Assembly: GCA_028282585.1 (NCBI GenBank)
Contig: JANQHR010000027.1
Coordinates: forward strand, 1 to 48,724
Source: Bacteroidales bacterium
Lineage (GTDB): Bacteria; Bacteroidota; Bacteroidia; Bacteroidales; UBA12077
Length of the DNA stretch: 48,724 nt
Direction: 5' to 3'
In this document: positions 9,678-19,550 of the stretch, piece by piece
Layout: every line of letters starts with the position of its first letter
Position numbering within the stretch: position 1 is the stretch's first letter
The notes under the pieces: model-generated
What the model was told of the DNA's origin: nothing
The model's input: only the letters and a program-made list of their open reading frames with translations
Database searches by the model: none
Position numbers and translations under genes: made by a program

Positions 9678-9710
9678 AAGCCTCCCATATTTTAAAATTG
9701 GGAGGTTTTT
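9678..9710 (+). terminator. Intrinsic terminator closing the fibre/Rhs operon
   Basis: Stem AAGCCTCCCA / TGGGAGGTTT running into a T-run. Confidence 0.75.
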
Positions 9711-9813
9711 AATCTTCCATATCTTTTCTCATATTCAAGTCTACTTTGTTATTTTCTTTTTTGTTATCATAAGATTTATTAACTTTAATTTATAACCTTG
9801 TTATGAATAGAAA

Positions 9814-11889
9814 ATGTTTGAGAAATTTCTGCATCAAGCTCCGTTTTTTCGTTTGATAGTTCCATTAGCGCTTGGAATTTTATTTCAAGTAAATTTTCAA
9901 TATATAGCCTTTCATGTAACAGCTTTAATTTGTATTCTTCTTTTTTCAATTACCGTTTTACTGCATGTTTTTAAACTTAATAATAATTACCGTTTAAATA
10001 AGGTTTGGGGATTAGTTATTTCGTTGTTTCTTTTCGCTTTCGGTGTTCAATTAGTCCATATTAAACAGAAAAAAGAGCTGTTTTTTAGTGGAGATCAAGA
10101 AACTTTTATAGCAACAATCGTTGAACAACCCGAAGAAAAGAAAAATTCGATCAAAACAATTCTCACATTAGATTACTTAAAGGATTCTAATAAATGGAAC
10201 AATAGCAGAACTAAAATTCTTTGTTATTTCGAAAAAGATTCTTCAACCATGATGTTGAACCTGGGAGATCAAATCCTTGTAAATGCTTTTATCAATGAAA
10301 TAAAACATACCGGGAACCCATACGCATTTAATTATAAGAAATACTTGAAGTATAAAAAAATTTATAATCAATGCTTTATTAAATCTGGTAATTATAAATT
10401 ATTAGAAACAAATAAAGGGCCAAAAGCTTATTTATTCTCAAATAAAATAAGACGGCAATTATTGAATATTTATATAGAAAATGGAATTCGGGGAGAAGAA
10501 TTTGCTGTTTTATCTGCACTTACCTTAGGCTACAAATCTGAATTAACACCGGAACTAAAAGAAAGCTTCTCAACAAGCGGAGCCATGCATATTTTGGCAG
10601 TATCCGGTTTGCATGTCGGAATAATTTATATAATCCTTTGTAAACTTATATTTTTCTTGCAGAGGATCAAATATGGCAAATATATACAATCCATAATTGT
10701 TATTTTGGTTCTTTTCTTTTATGCTTTTTTAACCGGGTTATCCGACTCGGTCTTTCGAGCAACCATTATGTTTTCTTTTATAAGTATTGGTAAGATGTTT
10801 ACCAGACAAGTTAATATTTACAATAGCATTGCAGCTTCGGCATTTATTTTACTTTTTATTAATCCTTACTCATTAATGAACGTTGGCTTCCAACTTTCAT
10901 ATGCTGCAGTATTAAGTATAATCTTCTTCCAACCTAAATTATATTCATTGCTAAATTTTCAAAATACATTTCTTGATTACTTTTGGCAACTAATAAGTGT
11001 TTCAATTGCGGCACAAATAGGCACTTTTCCTATTACAATGTTTTATTTTGGCCAATTTCCTCTTTATTTTATACTAACAAATATTTTGATCATTCCAATT
11101 GCCACTATCATTATTTACAGTGCATTTATACTATTTATATTATCATTCTCTAATGGGTTAACACAGGTTATCGCAATATTTTTAAACTTCATTACCCGTT
11201 TTTTAAATAAGAGTATTAGCTTTATCGAAAACCTCCCCTATTCAAAGATTGATCAATTTTTAGTTGATGGTTATGAATCTATTCTCTGGATTATATTCAT
11301 ACTAATGATTTCATTTTTTATTATATCTAAACGGATAAAATTTTTAAAGTTTAGCCTGATTCTTGCTCTTCTTGTATTTTTCTATAATCTTTCAAATTCA
11401 TATATTAATTCAAAAAAATCCATCTTTATTGTTCATCATATCAATAAAACTTCCAGTATCCACTTTATTAAAAACAATCGATCGCAAGTATTCTTAAATA
11501 ATGATGTTGATTTATGTGATACCAATTTAAAATATAACCTATCACCTGTTTGGAAAAATTTGGAAATCTGCAAAAATAGCAGATCAATAGATTCAGTGCA
11601 TAAACCATTGAAATTCATTCAATTTAAAAGCAAAAGAATAGTTCAGCTTCAGCAAAATGCTCTTCATAATATCAATAGTAAGAACCGTTTAAAGGTTGAT
11701 TATTTAATACTTTCAGATAATATTGATATATGCTTTAACAAATTAAATAATCATTTTGAGTTTGAATTGATCATATTTGATTCATCAAACAATTATTATC
11801 GAGTTAAGAATTGGGAAAAGGAATGTGTTAAGAACAATACTCAGTTCTATAACGTTTTAGATAGAGGTGCGTATATTGAATACCTTTAA
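9814..11889 (+). CDS. comEC: ComEC/Rec2 family competence protein
   Basis: SGAMHILAVSGLHVG, SVFRATIM, GFQLSYAAV motifs; many TM segments. Confidence 0.92.
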   Translation: MFEKFLHQAPFFRLIVPLALGILFQVNFQYIAFHVTALICILLFSITVLLHVFKLNNNYRLNKVWGLVISLFLFAFGVQLVHIKQKKELFFSGDQETFIATIVEQPEEKKNSIKTILTLDYLKDSNKWNNSRTKILCYFEKDSSTMMLNLGDQILVNAFINEIKHTGNPYAFNYKKYLKYKKIYNQCFIKSGNYKLLETNKGPKAYLFSNKIRRQLLNIYIENGIRGEEFAVLSALTLGYKSELTPELKESFSTSGAMHILAVSGLHVGIIYIILCKLIFFLQRIKYGKYIQSIIVILVLFFYAFLTGLSDSVFRATIMFSFISIGKMFTRQVNIYNSIAASAFILLFINPYSLMNVGFQLSYAAVLSIIFFQPKLYSLLNFQNTFLDYFWQLISVSIAAQIGTFPITMFYFGQFPLYFILTNILIIPIATIIIYSAFILFILSFSNGLTQVIAIFLNFITRFLNKSISFIENLPYSKIDQFLVDGYESILWIIFILMISFFIISKRIKFLKFSLILALLVFFYNLSNSYINSKKSIFIVHHINKTSSIHFIKNNRSQVFLNNDVDLCDTNLKYNLSPVWKNLEICKNSRSIDSVHKPLKFIQFKSKRIVQLQQNALHNINSKNRLKVDYLILSDNIDICFNKLNNHFEFELIIFDSSNNYYRVKNWEKECVKNNTQFYNVLDRGAYIEYL

Positions 11890-11948
11890 TACAATTTAAC
11901 GGTGAATAATTAATATTTGGTTTTACAATATTTTAATTTGCTTTTTAT

Positions 11949-11956
11949 TAATTTTG
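11949..11956 (+). promoter_or_regulatory. Bacteroidota -7 promoter element upstream of trkA
   Basis: TAATTTTG matches TAnnTTTG, 43 bp before the ATG. Confidence 0.55.
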
Positions 11957-11999
11957 TCACCCGGTTTACTTAAACCGAAGCAAAAAGATATAATATAGA

Positions 12000-13337
12000 A
12001 TGAAAATCATAATCGCTGGAGCCGGTGAGGTTGGAACACACTTAGCAAAGATGCTAAGCGCTGAGTTTCACGATATCATGGTGATTGATCCGGATGAAGA
12101 AAGCTTAAAAAGCATTGACTCCAATTTAGATTTATTAACGGTTAAAGGATCTGCCACATCTTTCGAGATGCTGAGAGAAGCAAAAGTAAAACGGGCAGAT
12201 CTGTTTATAGCAGTTACACATTCCGAAGAAACTAATATTACAGCTGCAATCATAGCAAAAAAACTTGGAGCCAAAAAGACTATAGCCCGTGTTGATAGCA
12301 ATGAATATATTGAACCGGAGAATATCTCACATTTCACTCATCTTGGAATTGATTATTTGATTTATCCGGAAAGAATTGCTGCCCGGGAGATTGTTAGTAT
12401 GCTGGGGCAAGGTGAGATCTTTGAATCTGTAGATTTTTCAGGAGGAAAATTATCATTGTATGTATTGAAACTTGGAGAAAAAGCATTGGTACTAAATAAA
12501 CCTCTTATTTCAATTGCCGAAGACAAAAAGATTGACTTTAGAGCCGTTGCAATTACCAGAAATGGAAAAACGATTATACCGGGAGGTGATGATCATTTCC
12601 AATTAAACGATTTGGTATATGTTGTAACTAACAGAGCCGGATTTAAAGATGTAATGAAATATTCGGGTAAAAAGAAGATTGATATAAAAAACATCATGAT
12701 TCTGGGTGGAAGCCGTATTGGAAAACGTGTTGCAAAATCTCTTGAAAGCAGATTTAATATAAAACTTATTGAAATTGATAAACAAAAATCGGCAGAATTA
12801 GCAGATTATTTAACAAACTCTCTTGTTATTGGTGGTGATGGAAGAAATATTGATCTGCTAAATGAAGAAGGCTTGTCAAACATGGACACGTTTATTGCTG
12901 TTACGGGTAATAGTGAAACCAATATATTATCGTGCCTTTTAGCAAAGAAAATGGGTGTTAAAAAAACCATTGCCGAAATTGAAAACATTGATTATATCGA
13001 CCTTGGCGAAAGTATGGGTATTGATACCATTATAAATAAAAAGTTAATTACCGCGAGTAGGTTATTCAGATTTACTATGAGTGCAGAGGTTGAAACCATG
13101 AAATGCTTAACGGGATCTGATGCTGATGTTCTTGAGTTTGTTGCCAAAGAAAACTCTAAAATTACCAGGGGTAGTTTACGAAGCATTGATTTCCCTAAAG
13201 ATGCAATTGTTGGAGGAATAATTCGTGGTCATCATTCATTTATTGCTACTGGTGAGACCGAAATTTTAGCTGATGACAGGGTTGTTGTATTTGCGCTTCC
13301 TTCTGCAGTTAAGAGACTTGACAACTTTTTTAATTAA
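12000..13337 (+). CDS. trkA: Trk potassium transporter NAD-binding subunit
   Basis: Two RCK domains (IIIAGAGEVG; IMILGGSRIG); adjacent to trkH. Confidence 0.96.
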   Translation: MKIIIAGAGEVGTHLAKMLSAEFHDIMVIDPDEESLKSIDSNLDLLTVKGSATSFEMLREAKVKRADLFIAVTHSEETNITAAIIAKKLGAKKTIARVDSNEYIEPENISHFTHLGIDYLIYPERIAAREIVSMLGQGEIFESVDFSGGKLSLYVLKLGEKALVLNKPLISIAEDKKIDFRAVAITRNGKTIIPGGDDHFQLNDLVYVVTNRAGFKDVMKYSGKKKIDIKNIMILGGSRIGKRVAKSLESRFNIKLIEIDKQKSAELADYLTNSLVIGGDGRNIDLLNEEGLSNMDTFIAVTGNSETNILSCLLAKKMGVKKTIAEIENIDYIDLGESMGIDTIINKKLITASRLFRFTMSAEVETMKCLTGSDADVLEFVAKENSKITRGSLRSIDFPKDAIVGGIIRGHHSFIATGETEILADDRVVVFALPSAVKRLDNFFN

Positions 13338-13339
13338 AA

Positions 13340-14791
13340 ATGATTAATAAAAAAATCATTATTCAGGTAATGGGCCTCCTTCTTTTAATAGAAGGATTTT
13401 TCCTGGGTCTATCTTCATTAGTTAGTCTTTATTACGGAGAATACGATTTTATAGCTTTAATCTTGACTTCAGCTATTTGTATTATTTGCGGAATAAGCTT
13501 TAAATTGTTAACCAATAATGCAGAAAAAAACATTGGCAAACGAGATGGTTATATCATTGTAAGTTTGGTATGGGTAATTTTCTCTTTATTTGGGGCTTTA
13601 CCATTTGTAATTTGCGGTGCTATCCCGTCCTATACAGATGCATTTTTTGAAACCATTTCCGGTTTTACTACAACAGGAGCTTCTATTTTAAATGATATAG
13701 AAGCAATGCCTAAAGGTTTACTTTTCTGGAGAAGCTTAACACAATGGCTGGGTGGAATGGGAATTATTGTTTTATCCATTGCCATATTACCCATGTTAGG
13801 AATTGGAGGAATGCAATTATTTGTTGCTGAAGTACCAGGACCAACTCCTGATAAAATTCATCCCAGGGTTAAAGAAACTGCCAAAAGGCTTTGGGGTATT
13901 TATATAATTTTCACTTTTGTGGAGGTTATATTACTAAAAATTGGTGGAATGAATTGGTTCGATGCTGTTAATCATTCGTTTACCACCATGGCAACTGGTG
14001 GATATTCTACCAAGCAGGCAAGTATTGCTGATCCAAGTTTTTCTCCGTTCATACATTATGTAATTATTGTATTTATGTTCCTTGCAGGTACAAACTTTAC
14101 TCTTTCTTACTTTGCATTACAGTTAAAACTTGGAAAAGTTTTTAAAAATGAGGAATTTAGATACTATCTTGGATTTGTGATTTTGTTTACGGTTGCAATA
14201 GCTTTTGCATTATGGCATTTTGAAGGCAATGATCCGGAAAAATCATTCCGTGATGCGCTCTTTCAGGTTGTATCCGTAATTACAACTACAGGTTATGTAA
14301 CCGTAGATTACCTCGAATGGATGCCTTTTGTGATCGTTATGATTTTTGCTTTGATGTTTTTTGGTGGCTCGGCAGGATCAACAGGTGGTAGTATTAAAAT
14401 TGTGCGAGTAACTTTATTATTAAAAAACAGCTATCAGGAGCTTAAAAGAATTATTCATCCCAATGCAATTATTCCGGTTCGAATTAATGATAAAAGTGTT
14501 CCGCCACAGATCATTTCAAACATTTTGGCTTTTGTGGTTTTTTATATGCTTATTTCCATTATTAGCACGATAATAATTTCTGCTTTAGGATACGATCTAG
14601 AAACGTCCTTAGGAGCTGTGGCTGCGACACTTGGAAACATCGGCCCAGGACTTGGATCAGTTGGTCCTGTTGAAAACTATTCACATATTCCGGTTTTTGG
14701 AAAGTGGTTTTTATCTTTTCTTATGCTAATTGGAAGGTTAGAGTTATTTACGGTAATCGTACTATTCTCTCCTTCTTTTTGGAAGAAATAA
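13340..14791 (+). CDS. trkH: Trk potassium uptake membrane protein
   Basis: FFETISGFTTTGAS, QWLGGMGII, GSTGGSIK, LMLIGRLE. Confidence 0.96.
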   Translation: MINKKIIIQVMGLLLLIEGFFLGLSSLVSLYYGEYDFIALILTSAICIICGISFKLLTNNAEKNIGKRDGYIIVSLVWVIFSLFGALPFVICGAIPSYTDAFFETISGFTTTGASILNDIEAMPKGLLFWRSLTQWLGGMGIIVLSIAILPMLGIGGMQLFVAEVPGPTPDKIHPRVKETAKRLWGIYIIFTFVEVILLKIGGMNWFDAVNHSFTTMATGGYSTKQASIADPSFSPFIHYVIIVFMFLAGTNFTLSYFALQLKLGKVFKNEEFRYYLGFVILFTVAIAFALWHFEGNDPEKSFRDALFQVVSVITTTGYVTVDYLEWMPFVIVMIFALMFFGGSAGSTGGSIKIVRVTLLLKNSYQELKRIIHPNAIIPVRINDKSVPPQIISNILAFVVFYMLISIISTIIISALGYDLETSLGAVAATLGNIGPGLGSVGPVENYSHIPVFGKWFLSFLMLIGRLELFTVIVLFSPSFWKK

Positions 14792-14792
14792 T

Positions 14793-15407
14793 TTAAAAGG
14801 TTAATTCACCAATTCCTTGTCTTATAATTTCAAATTCATCTCTTGTGCAATCGACTACAGTAGAAGCCTCATTATTACCATATCCGCCATCAATAACATA
14901 ATCAACCAGGTGTTCATAATTCTCATGTATTAGTTCCGGATCGGTCATATAATCAAGAATTTCATCTTCGTGATGAAGCGATGTTGTCATGAATGGATGA
15001 CCCAATTTGTTGACAAGTTCAATAGCAATGTTATTGTTTGGAATTCTTATTCCTACTGTTTTCTTTTTTGTTTTATAAAACCTTGGAACATTGTTGTTTG
15101 CATTTAAAATGAACGTAAATGGTCCCGGAAGGTTATGCTTTAAGATCTTAAATGTTGCATTATTTATATGTTGGGTAAATTGCGAGACCTGGCTAATATC
15201 ACTACAAACCAAAGAAAAATTCTCTTTCAGTGCGTTTTTCCCCTTAATTTTTACAATCTTATCAAATGCTTTAGGACTATTAATGTCCCAAGCCAATCCA
15301 TAAACTGTATCAGTTGGGTATATAACTAAACCATTATTGCGTAAAGCTTCAATAGCCATATCAATCTGTCGAGGGTTCGGATTATCCGGATGTACTTCTA
15401 ATAACAT
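14793..15407 (-). CDS. Sua5/YciO/YrdC family protein (threonylcarbamoyl-AMP synthase-like)
   Basis: YPTDTVYGL, LPGPFTFIL, TVGIRIP, ASTVVD. Confidence 0.92.
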   Translation of the reverse strand: MLLEVHPDNPNPRQIDMAIEALRNNGLVIYPTDTVYGLAWDINSPKAFDKIVKIKGKNALKENFSLVCSDISQVSQFTQHINNATFKILKHNLPGPFTFILNANNNVPRFYKTKKKTVGIRIPNNNIAIELVNKLGHPFMTTSLHHEDEILDYMTDPELIHENYEHLVDYVIDGGYGNNEASTVVDCTRDEFEIIRQGIGELTF

Positions 15408-15429
15408 ATTCGCTTTTCAAAATCAGATG

Positions 15430-15437
15430 CAAATGTA
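15430..15437 (-). promoter_or_regulatory. -7 promoter element for the Sua5/YciO gene
   Basis: Minus strand TACATTTG, with TTTG 18 bp upstream (15456-15459). Confidence 0.55.
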
Positions 15438-15494
15438 ATAAAACATTAGACAGTTCAAATAATACATAGAATATTTAACACTATAAATCAAAAA

Positions 15495-15642
15495 AAGAAG
15501 CTGTCCAAAAAGCCTCTTATTTCATGTCTACACTTCGACTCCCGATGGTTATCGGGACAGTGTGACAGTCAGATTATCAGAAAGTTGTCATATTGAGCTT
15601 GTCGAAATATGAACAACATTTCTACTTTTTGGACAGCTTCTT
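15495..15642. mobile_element. MITE/REPIN-like non-coding element with perfect 18-bp terminal inverted repeats
   Basis: AAGAAGCTGTCCAAAAAG (15495-15512) / CTTTTTGGACAGCTTCTT (15625-15642). Internal REP-like arms and palindrome TCCCGATGGTTATCGGGA (15540-15557). Confidence 0.65.
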
Positions 15643-15663
15643 ATATTTATATTATTCTAACTT

Positions 15664-16320
15664 TTAACCATTTACACTTTTGTAATCAGCTAAGAATTTT
15701 TCCAAGCCAATATCAGTTAATGGATGATTTAATAATCCTAAAATTGCATTTAAAGGACAAGTTGCTACATCTGCTCCAGCCTCCATGCATTGTATAATAT
15801 GCATTGTATGACGTATTGATGCTGCTAATACCTCTGTTTCAAATCCATAATAGCTATAGATATCAACGATCTGTGCAATTAATTCAACTCCATCGGTTGA
15901 AATATCGTCCAGTCTCCCTATAAATGGTGAAACAAACGTTGCTCCTGCCTTAGCAGCTAACAAGGCCTGACCAGGTGAAAACACCAGTGTACAATTTGTT
16001 TTAATTCCTTTTCCACTCAAGTACTTTATTGCTTTAACTCCATCTTTAATCATTGGTATTTTAACCACAATTTGTGGATGCAATGCAGCTAATGCTTCAC
16101 CTTCTTTTATCATTCCTTCATAGTCAGTGGCAATAACTTCGGCACTAACATCACCATCAACTATTTCACATATTTTTTTATAGTGATTTATAATATTTTC
16201 CTCTCCACTAATACCTTCTTTAGCCATTAATGAAGGATTTGTAGTAACTCCGTCTAAAACCCCCAAATCTTGTGCTTCCTTAATTTGGTCCAAATTTGCT
16301 GTATCGATAAAAAACTTCAT
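15664..16320 (-). CDS. fsa: Transaldolase / fructose-6-phosphate aldolase (TalC/Fsa family)
   Basis: [44 protein letters not shown]. Confidence 0.96.
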   Translation of the reverse strand: MKFFIDTANLDQIKEAQDLGVLDGVTTNPSLMAKEGISGEENIINHYKKICEIVDGDVSAEVIATDYEGMIKEGEALAALHPQIVVKIPMIKDGVKAIKYLSGKGIKTNCTLVFSPGQALLAAKAGATFVSPFIGRLDDISTDGVELIAQIVDIYSYYGFETEVLAASIRHTMHIIQCMEAGADVATCPLNAILGLLNHPLTDIGLEKFLADYKSVNG

Positions 16321-16419
16321 GATTTATAATTTAATGATTAATCAAATTTCGTTGCGAAAATAAAGTAAATTTTCGATTATAAAAATTCAAAATATTAACC
16401 CTGAATTGAACGCGGGAAT

Positions 16420-16878
16420 CTATGCATTAAATAAGTTTACAAGGTATAGATAGGTTTTACCTCTTATACCCGGATTTATACTTTCCCGATTACCCGCTAT
16501 ATTTAAAGTTTTAATTTTATTTAAAGATATCCACTGAATCACTTTTTTATCAGTGAATTCTTCGCTAATATCTACTATTAAATAAGGTTTCGAAAACTGC
16601 GTACATAAATTCATGGTATCTAATACTCCTCCTTGAGCCTCAGTAGAATCTCTAATTATAAGAGTACCATCCGATTCCAAAACATTCTTTTTTGTTCTAT
16701 CCGTATACTCTTCACTTTCAATTTCTGATACGGGATATCGATAAGGTATAGTTCCTCTTTCGCTTTTCCTGCCTCTTGGGCAAAATCCTCCACATTCAAA
16801 TCCATGATCTAAAGCAAAATCTAAAGCACCTTGATCAACACCCGTTTGACCACCTGAAATAATTTTGATTTTATCCAT
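16420..16878 (-). CDS. Putative molybdenum-carrier / cpYpsA-type SLOG family protein
   Basis: KIISGGQTGVDQGALD, RTKKNVLESDGTL, LNIAGNRES. Confidence 0.85.
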   Translation of the reverse strand: MDKIKIISGGQTGVDQGALDFALDHGFECGGFCPRGRKSERGTIPYRYPVSEIESEEYTDRTKKNVLESDGTLIIRDSTEAQGGVLDTMNLCTQFSKPYLIVDISEEFTDKKVIQWISLNKIKTLNIAGNRESINPGIRGKTYLYLVNLFNA

Positions 16879-17305
16879 TATTGCTTTCTTTTAGTACTTT
16901 GTAAATGCCATATTTTCTGCAATATCTGTAAAACCAACTATATTCAATATCAAATCCCAGATTCTTTTTAACTTTATTTTGCAACTGCTCAATTGTTTTA
17001 ACACTTTTTGCTGATGCCATTCTTTTTATCCTTGTTTTGTATGGATGTAGCTGTGATTTACGTCTTTCAGAGTATTTATATTTAAGTAATCCTTCAATTC
17101 CTTTTTTTAAATAGATTTTAGTCCAGTCAGCAACAGTATCTTCATGGATACCTAATAATTGAGTTATATTAATATTTTTTTGTCCTTCGTTCTTTAATAA
17201 TATACAGTAAACCCTTTTTAGAATATTTTTTTTATTCTGATTTTCCTTTACTAATTGCTTTAATTTAGCTTCTTCCTCTATTGTAAGAATTACTTTATAA
17301 CCCAT
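16871..17305 (-). CDS. Helix-turn-helix protein resembling the IS630 transposase N-terminal DNA-binding region, without DDE domain
   Basis: RVYCILLKNEG..ITQLLGIHEDTVADWTKIYLKKGIEGLL HTH. ATG 17305 preferred to the track start. Overlaps the downstream gene by 8 bp. Confidence 0.65.
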   Translation of the reverse strand: MGYKVILTIEEEAKLKQLVKENQNKKNILKRVYCILLKNEGQKNINITQLLGIHEDTVADWTKIYLKKGIEGLLKYKYSERRKSQLHPYKTRIKRMASAKSVKTIEQLQNKVKKNLGFDIEYSWFYRYCRKYGIYKVLKESNNG

Positions 17306-17500
17306 TGATAATAAATTTGCTACAAAGTACAAAAACGGAACTAAAAAAGCAAGTATACATGAAAGTTTCTAAACACTTTTCATTATTAATTATAATTGAA
17401 TCATCATAACATTATGATCTTAATAATCAATTTTTCTTTAAGATTTAATAGGATTCTTTAAAACCGAATTCAAGTTATAAAAAAAGAAGGAAAATAAAAA

Positions 17501-17600
17501 GCGGGCAAGCTACTTACATCGCACCGCTACAACCGCCTACCCTTGCTACCTTCCGGTCCTGGGGGAGTTCAGCAGGAGCTGGTCGTATAAGACTTGCCCG
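17501..17600 (-). ncRNA. ffs: Signal recognition particle RNA (small bacterial SRP)
   Basis: Minus strand has CAGGACCGGAAGGTAGCA (helix 8, GGAA loop); ends pair (CGGGCAAG / CTTGCCCG); T-run follows. Confidence 0.95.
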
Positions 17601-17606
17601 GGGGCA

Positions 17607-17637
17607 CAAAAGTAATAATTTCGTGAATCTTTTCAAA
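17607..17637 (-). promoter_or_regulatory. Consensus Bacteroidota housekeeping promoter for ffs
   Basis: TTTG (17634-17637) - N19 - TACTTTTG (17607-17614). Confidence 0.8.
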
Positions 17638-17823
17638 TATTTCCATACTTATTTATACAAAAACTGATTATATTATCTTTTATACTTTTATTTTTAACGG
17701 AAGTATATACAAAATGAAAGTTATGGAAGAGAATTTTCAAAATACTTTTATAAATCTTGTGTATTGTTTTCATAAAAAACATTATGTAAGTTTGTTTACA
17801 ATTAAAATTAAACTCTAACATTT

Positions 17824-18402
17824 ATGGAAGAAAAAAGCAACTCTATTTGGAAAGATGCATTAAAACCTAGTTTAATGTTAAGTCTTATACTTATTATCTT
17901 TTCTGTTCTTATTTACGTATTTGATTTAATTGCATTGAGTCTTTTTGCAGGAGTATTTATTGGATTGATATCTTTAGCAATTATGTTCGTAAGCATTTTA
18001 TTTTTAATGAAAGCTTATAGAAATGATAGGTTTAATGGGTTAATTACTTACGGAAAAGCATTTGGTTTTGGAGTTATTTTAGGATTATATGCATCCGTTA
18101 TATTAAGCGCATATGATTTAGTATTTAATAATGTAATCGATCCAGATTATGAAAAAAATATAACAATAAAACTACAAGAGAAAACAGAAGCCTTTATGAT
18201 AGAAAAGGGTGTTCCTGATGATACTATTGAAGAACAAATAAAACAAATGGAAAAGAACATGAATAAACCTCCTTTAAGAAAATTACTCGGGAGGTTTCTC
18301 GGAAACTTTGTCTTTGCTGTAATTGCATCACTTATTGCGGCTGCAATAGTAAAAAAGAATCCTGATCCTTATCAGACCGCAATGCAAGATATTAAAGAAT
18401 AG
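17824..18402 (+). CDS. DUF4199 family membrane protein
   Basis: Four hydrophobic segments, ITYGKAFGFG, NNVIDPDY; typical position before a GT2 gene. Confidence 0.8.
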   Translation: MEEKSNSIWKDALKPSLMLSLILIIFSVLIYVFDLIALSLFAGVFIGLISLAIMFVSILFLMKAYRNDRFNGLITYGKAFGFGVILGLYASVILSAYDLVFNNVIDPDYEKNITIKLQEKTEAFMIEKGVPDDTIEEQIKQMEKNMNKPPLRKLLGRFLGNFVFAVIASLIAAAIVKKNPDPYQTAMQDIKE

Positions 18403-18479
18403 TTTCATTTAAATTTATATTGTTAAGCTTGTTAAGAATAATTCGTTATTTTTGACAAGCTTTTTAATTTTTAAAGAAA

Positions 18480-19424
18480 ATGGATGTTTCTATTGTAATA
18501 CCTCTATATAACGAAGAAGAGTCGCTTACGGAATTATTGGATTGGATTGAAAAAGTTATGAAAGAAAGTCAATTAAATTACGAAATTGTAATGATTGATG
18601 ATGGTAGCAAAGATAAATCGTGGCAAGTTGTTAATGATTTAAAAAAGGTACATCCGGATATAAAAGGAGTAAAATTCCAAAAAAACTACGGTAAATCTGC
18701 GGCATTACATACTGGCTTTCAAGAAGTACAAGGTGAAGTAGTTATAACAATGGATGCAGATCTACAAGACAGCCCGGAAGAAATTCCTGAACTTTACAGA
18801 ATGATTAAAGAAGAGAGTTTTGATTTGGTTTCCGGCTGGAAAAAGAAACGTCATGATCCTTTTTCGAAACGCTTCCCAAGCAAAATATATAATCGCCTGG
18901 TTAGAATGATGACCGGTATAAAGCTTCATGATTTTAATTGTGGTTTGAAAGCATATAGTAAAGAAGTAGTAAAAAGTATTGAAGTATATGGTGATATGCA
19001 CCGATATATGCCTGTATTGGCTAAAGCTGCCGGTTTTAAAAATATTGGTGAAAAAATAGTTCAACATCAGGCGCGAAAATTCGGAGTTTCTAAATATGGT
19101 TTTGGACGTTTCAGAGGAATGTTCGATCTAATAACAATATCATTTATTTCCCGATTTGGAAAAAAACCAATGCAATTTTTTGGTACTTTAGGTTCATTGA
19201 TGTTTATAGCTGGTTTTATTTCTGCCGGTTGGTTAGGAGCTGAAAAATTAATCTCCGTGTGGAAAGGTGTAAAAGCCCCTTTGGTTACATCCAGCCCTTA
19301 TTTTTATATTTCGCTAACGGCTATGATTATAGGTACCCAGCTTTTTTTAGCGGGGTTCATTGGCGAATTAATTTCAAGAAGTTCTAGCGATCGCAATCAT
19401 TATCAGATCGAAAATAAAATTTAA
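18480..19424 (+). CDS. Glycosyltransferase family 2 (DPM1/ArnC-like)
   Basis: SIVIPLYNEEE, IDDGSKD, NYGKSAAL, ITMDADLQD, HDFNCGLKAY; two C-terminal TMs. Confidence 0.93.
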   Translation: MDVSIVIPLYNEEESLTELLDWIEKVMKESQLNYEIVMIDDGSKDKSWQVVNDLKKVHPDIKGVKFQKNYGKSAALHTGFQEVQGEVVITMDADLQDSPEEIPELYRMIKEESFDLVSGWKKKRHDPFSKRFPSKIYNRLVRMMTGIKLHDFNCGLKAYSKEVVKSIEVYGDMHRYMPVLAKAAGFKNIGEKIVQHQARKFGVSKYGFGRFRGMFDLITISFISRFGKKPMQFFGTLGSLMFIAGFISAGWLGAEKLISVWKGVKAPLVTSSPYFYISLTAMIIGTQLFLAGFIGELISRSSSDRNHYQIENKI

Positions 19425-19550
19425 TTCTTAATTTTATTTTTTGCATTTTATTTTTAATTTAGCGTCTACTTAATATTACCTTTAAGACAAAAGATTAGAA
19501 AAATATTTCTAATTGAGATTTATTAACCTAAAATCCCCCTTTTATCAATT

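Noticed and set aside
15609-15797. 62-aa plus-strand ORF
   Set aside because: Starts inside the inverted-repeat element and runs antisense into fsa; no protein features.
16871-17332. Active IS630 element
   Set aside because: No DDE domain, TIRs or frameshifted second ORF; the downstream gene is a SLOG protein.
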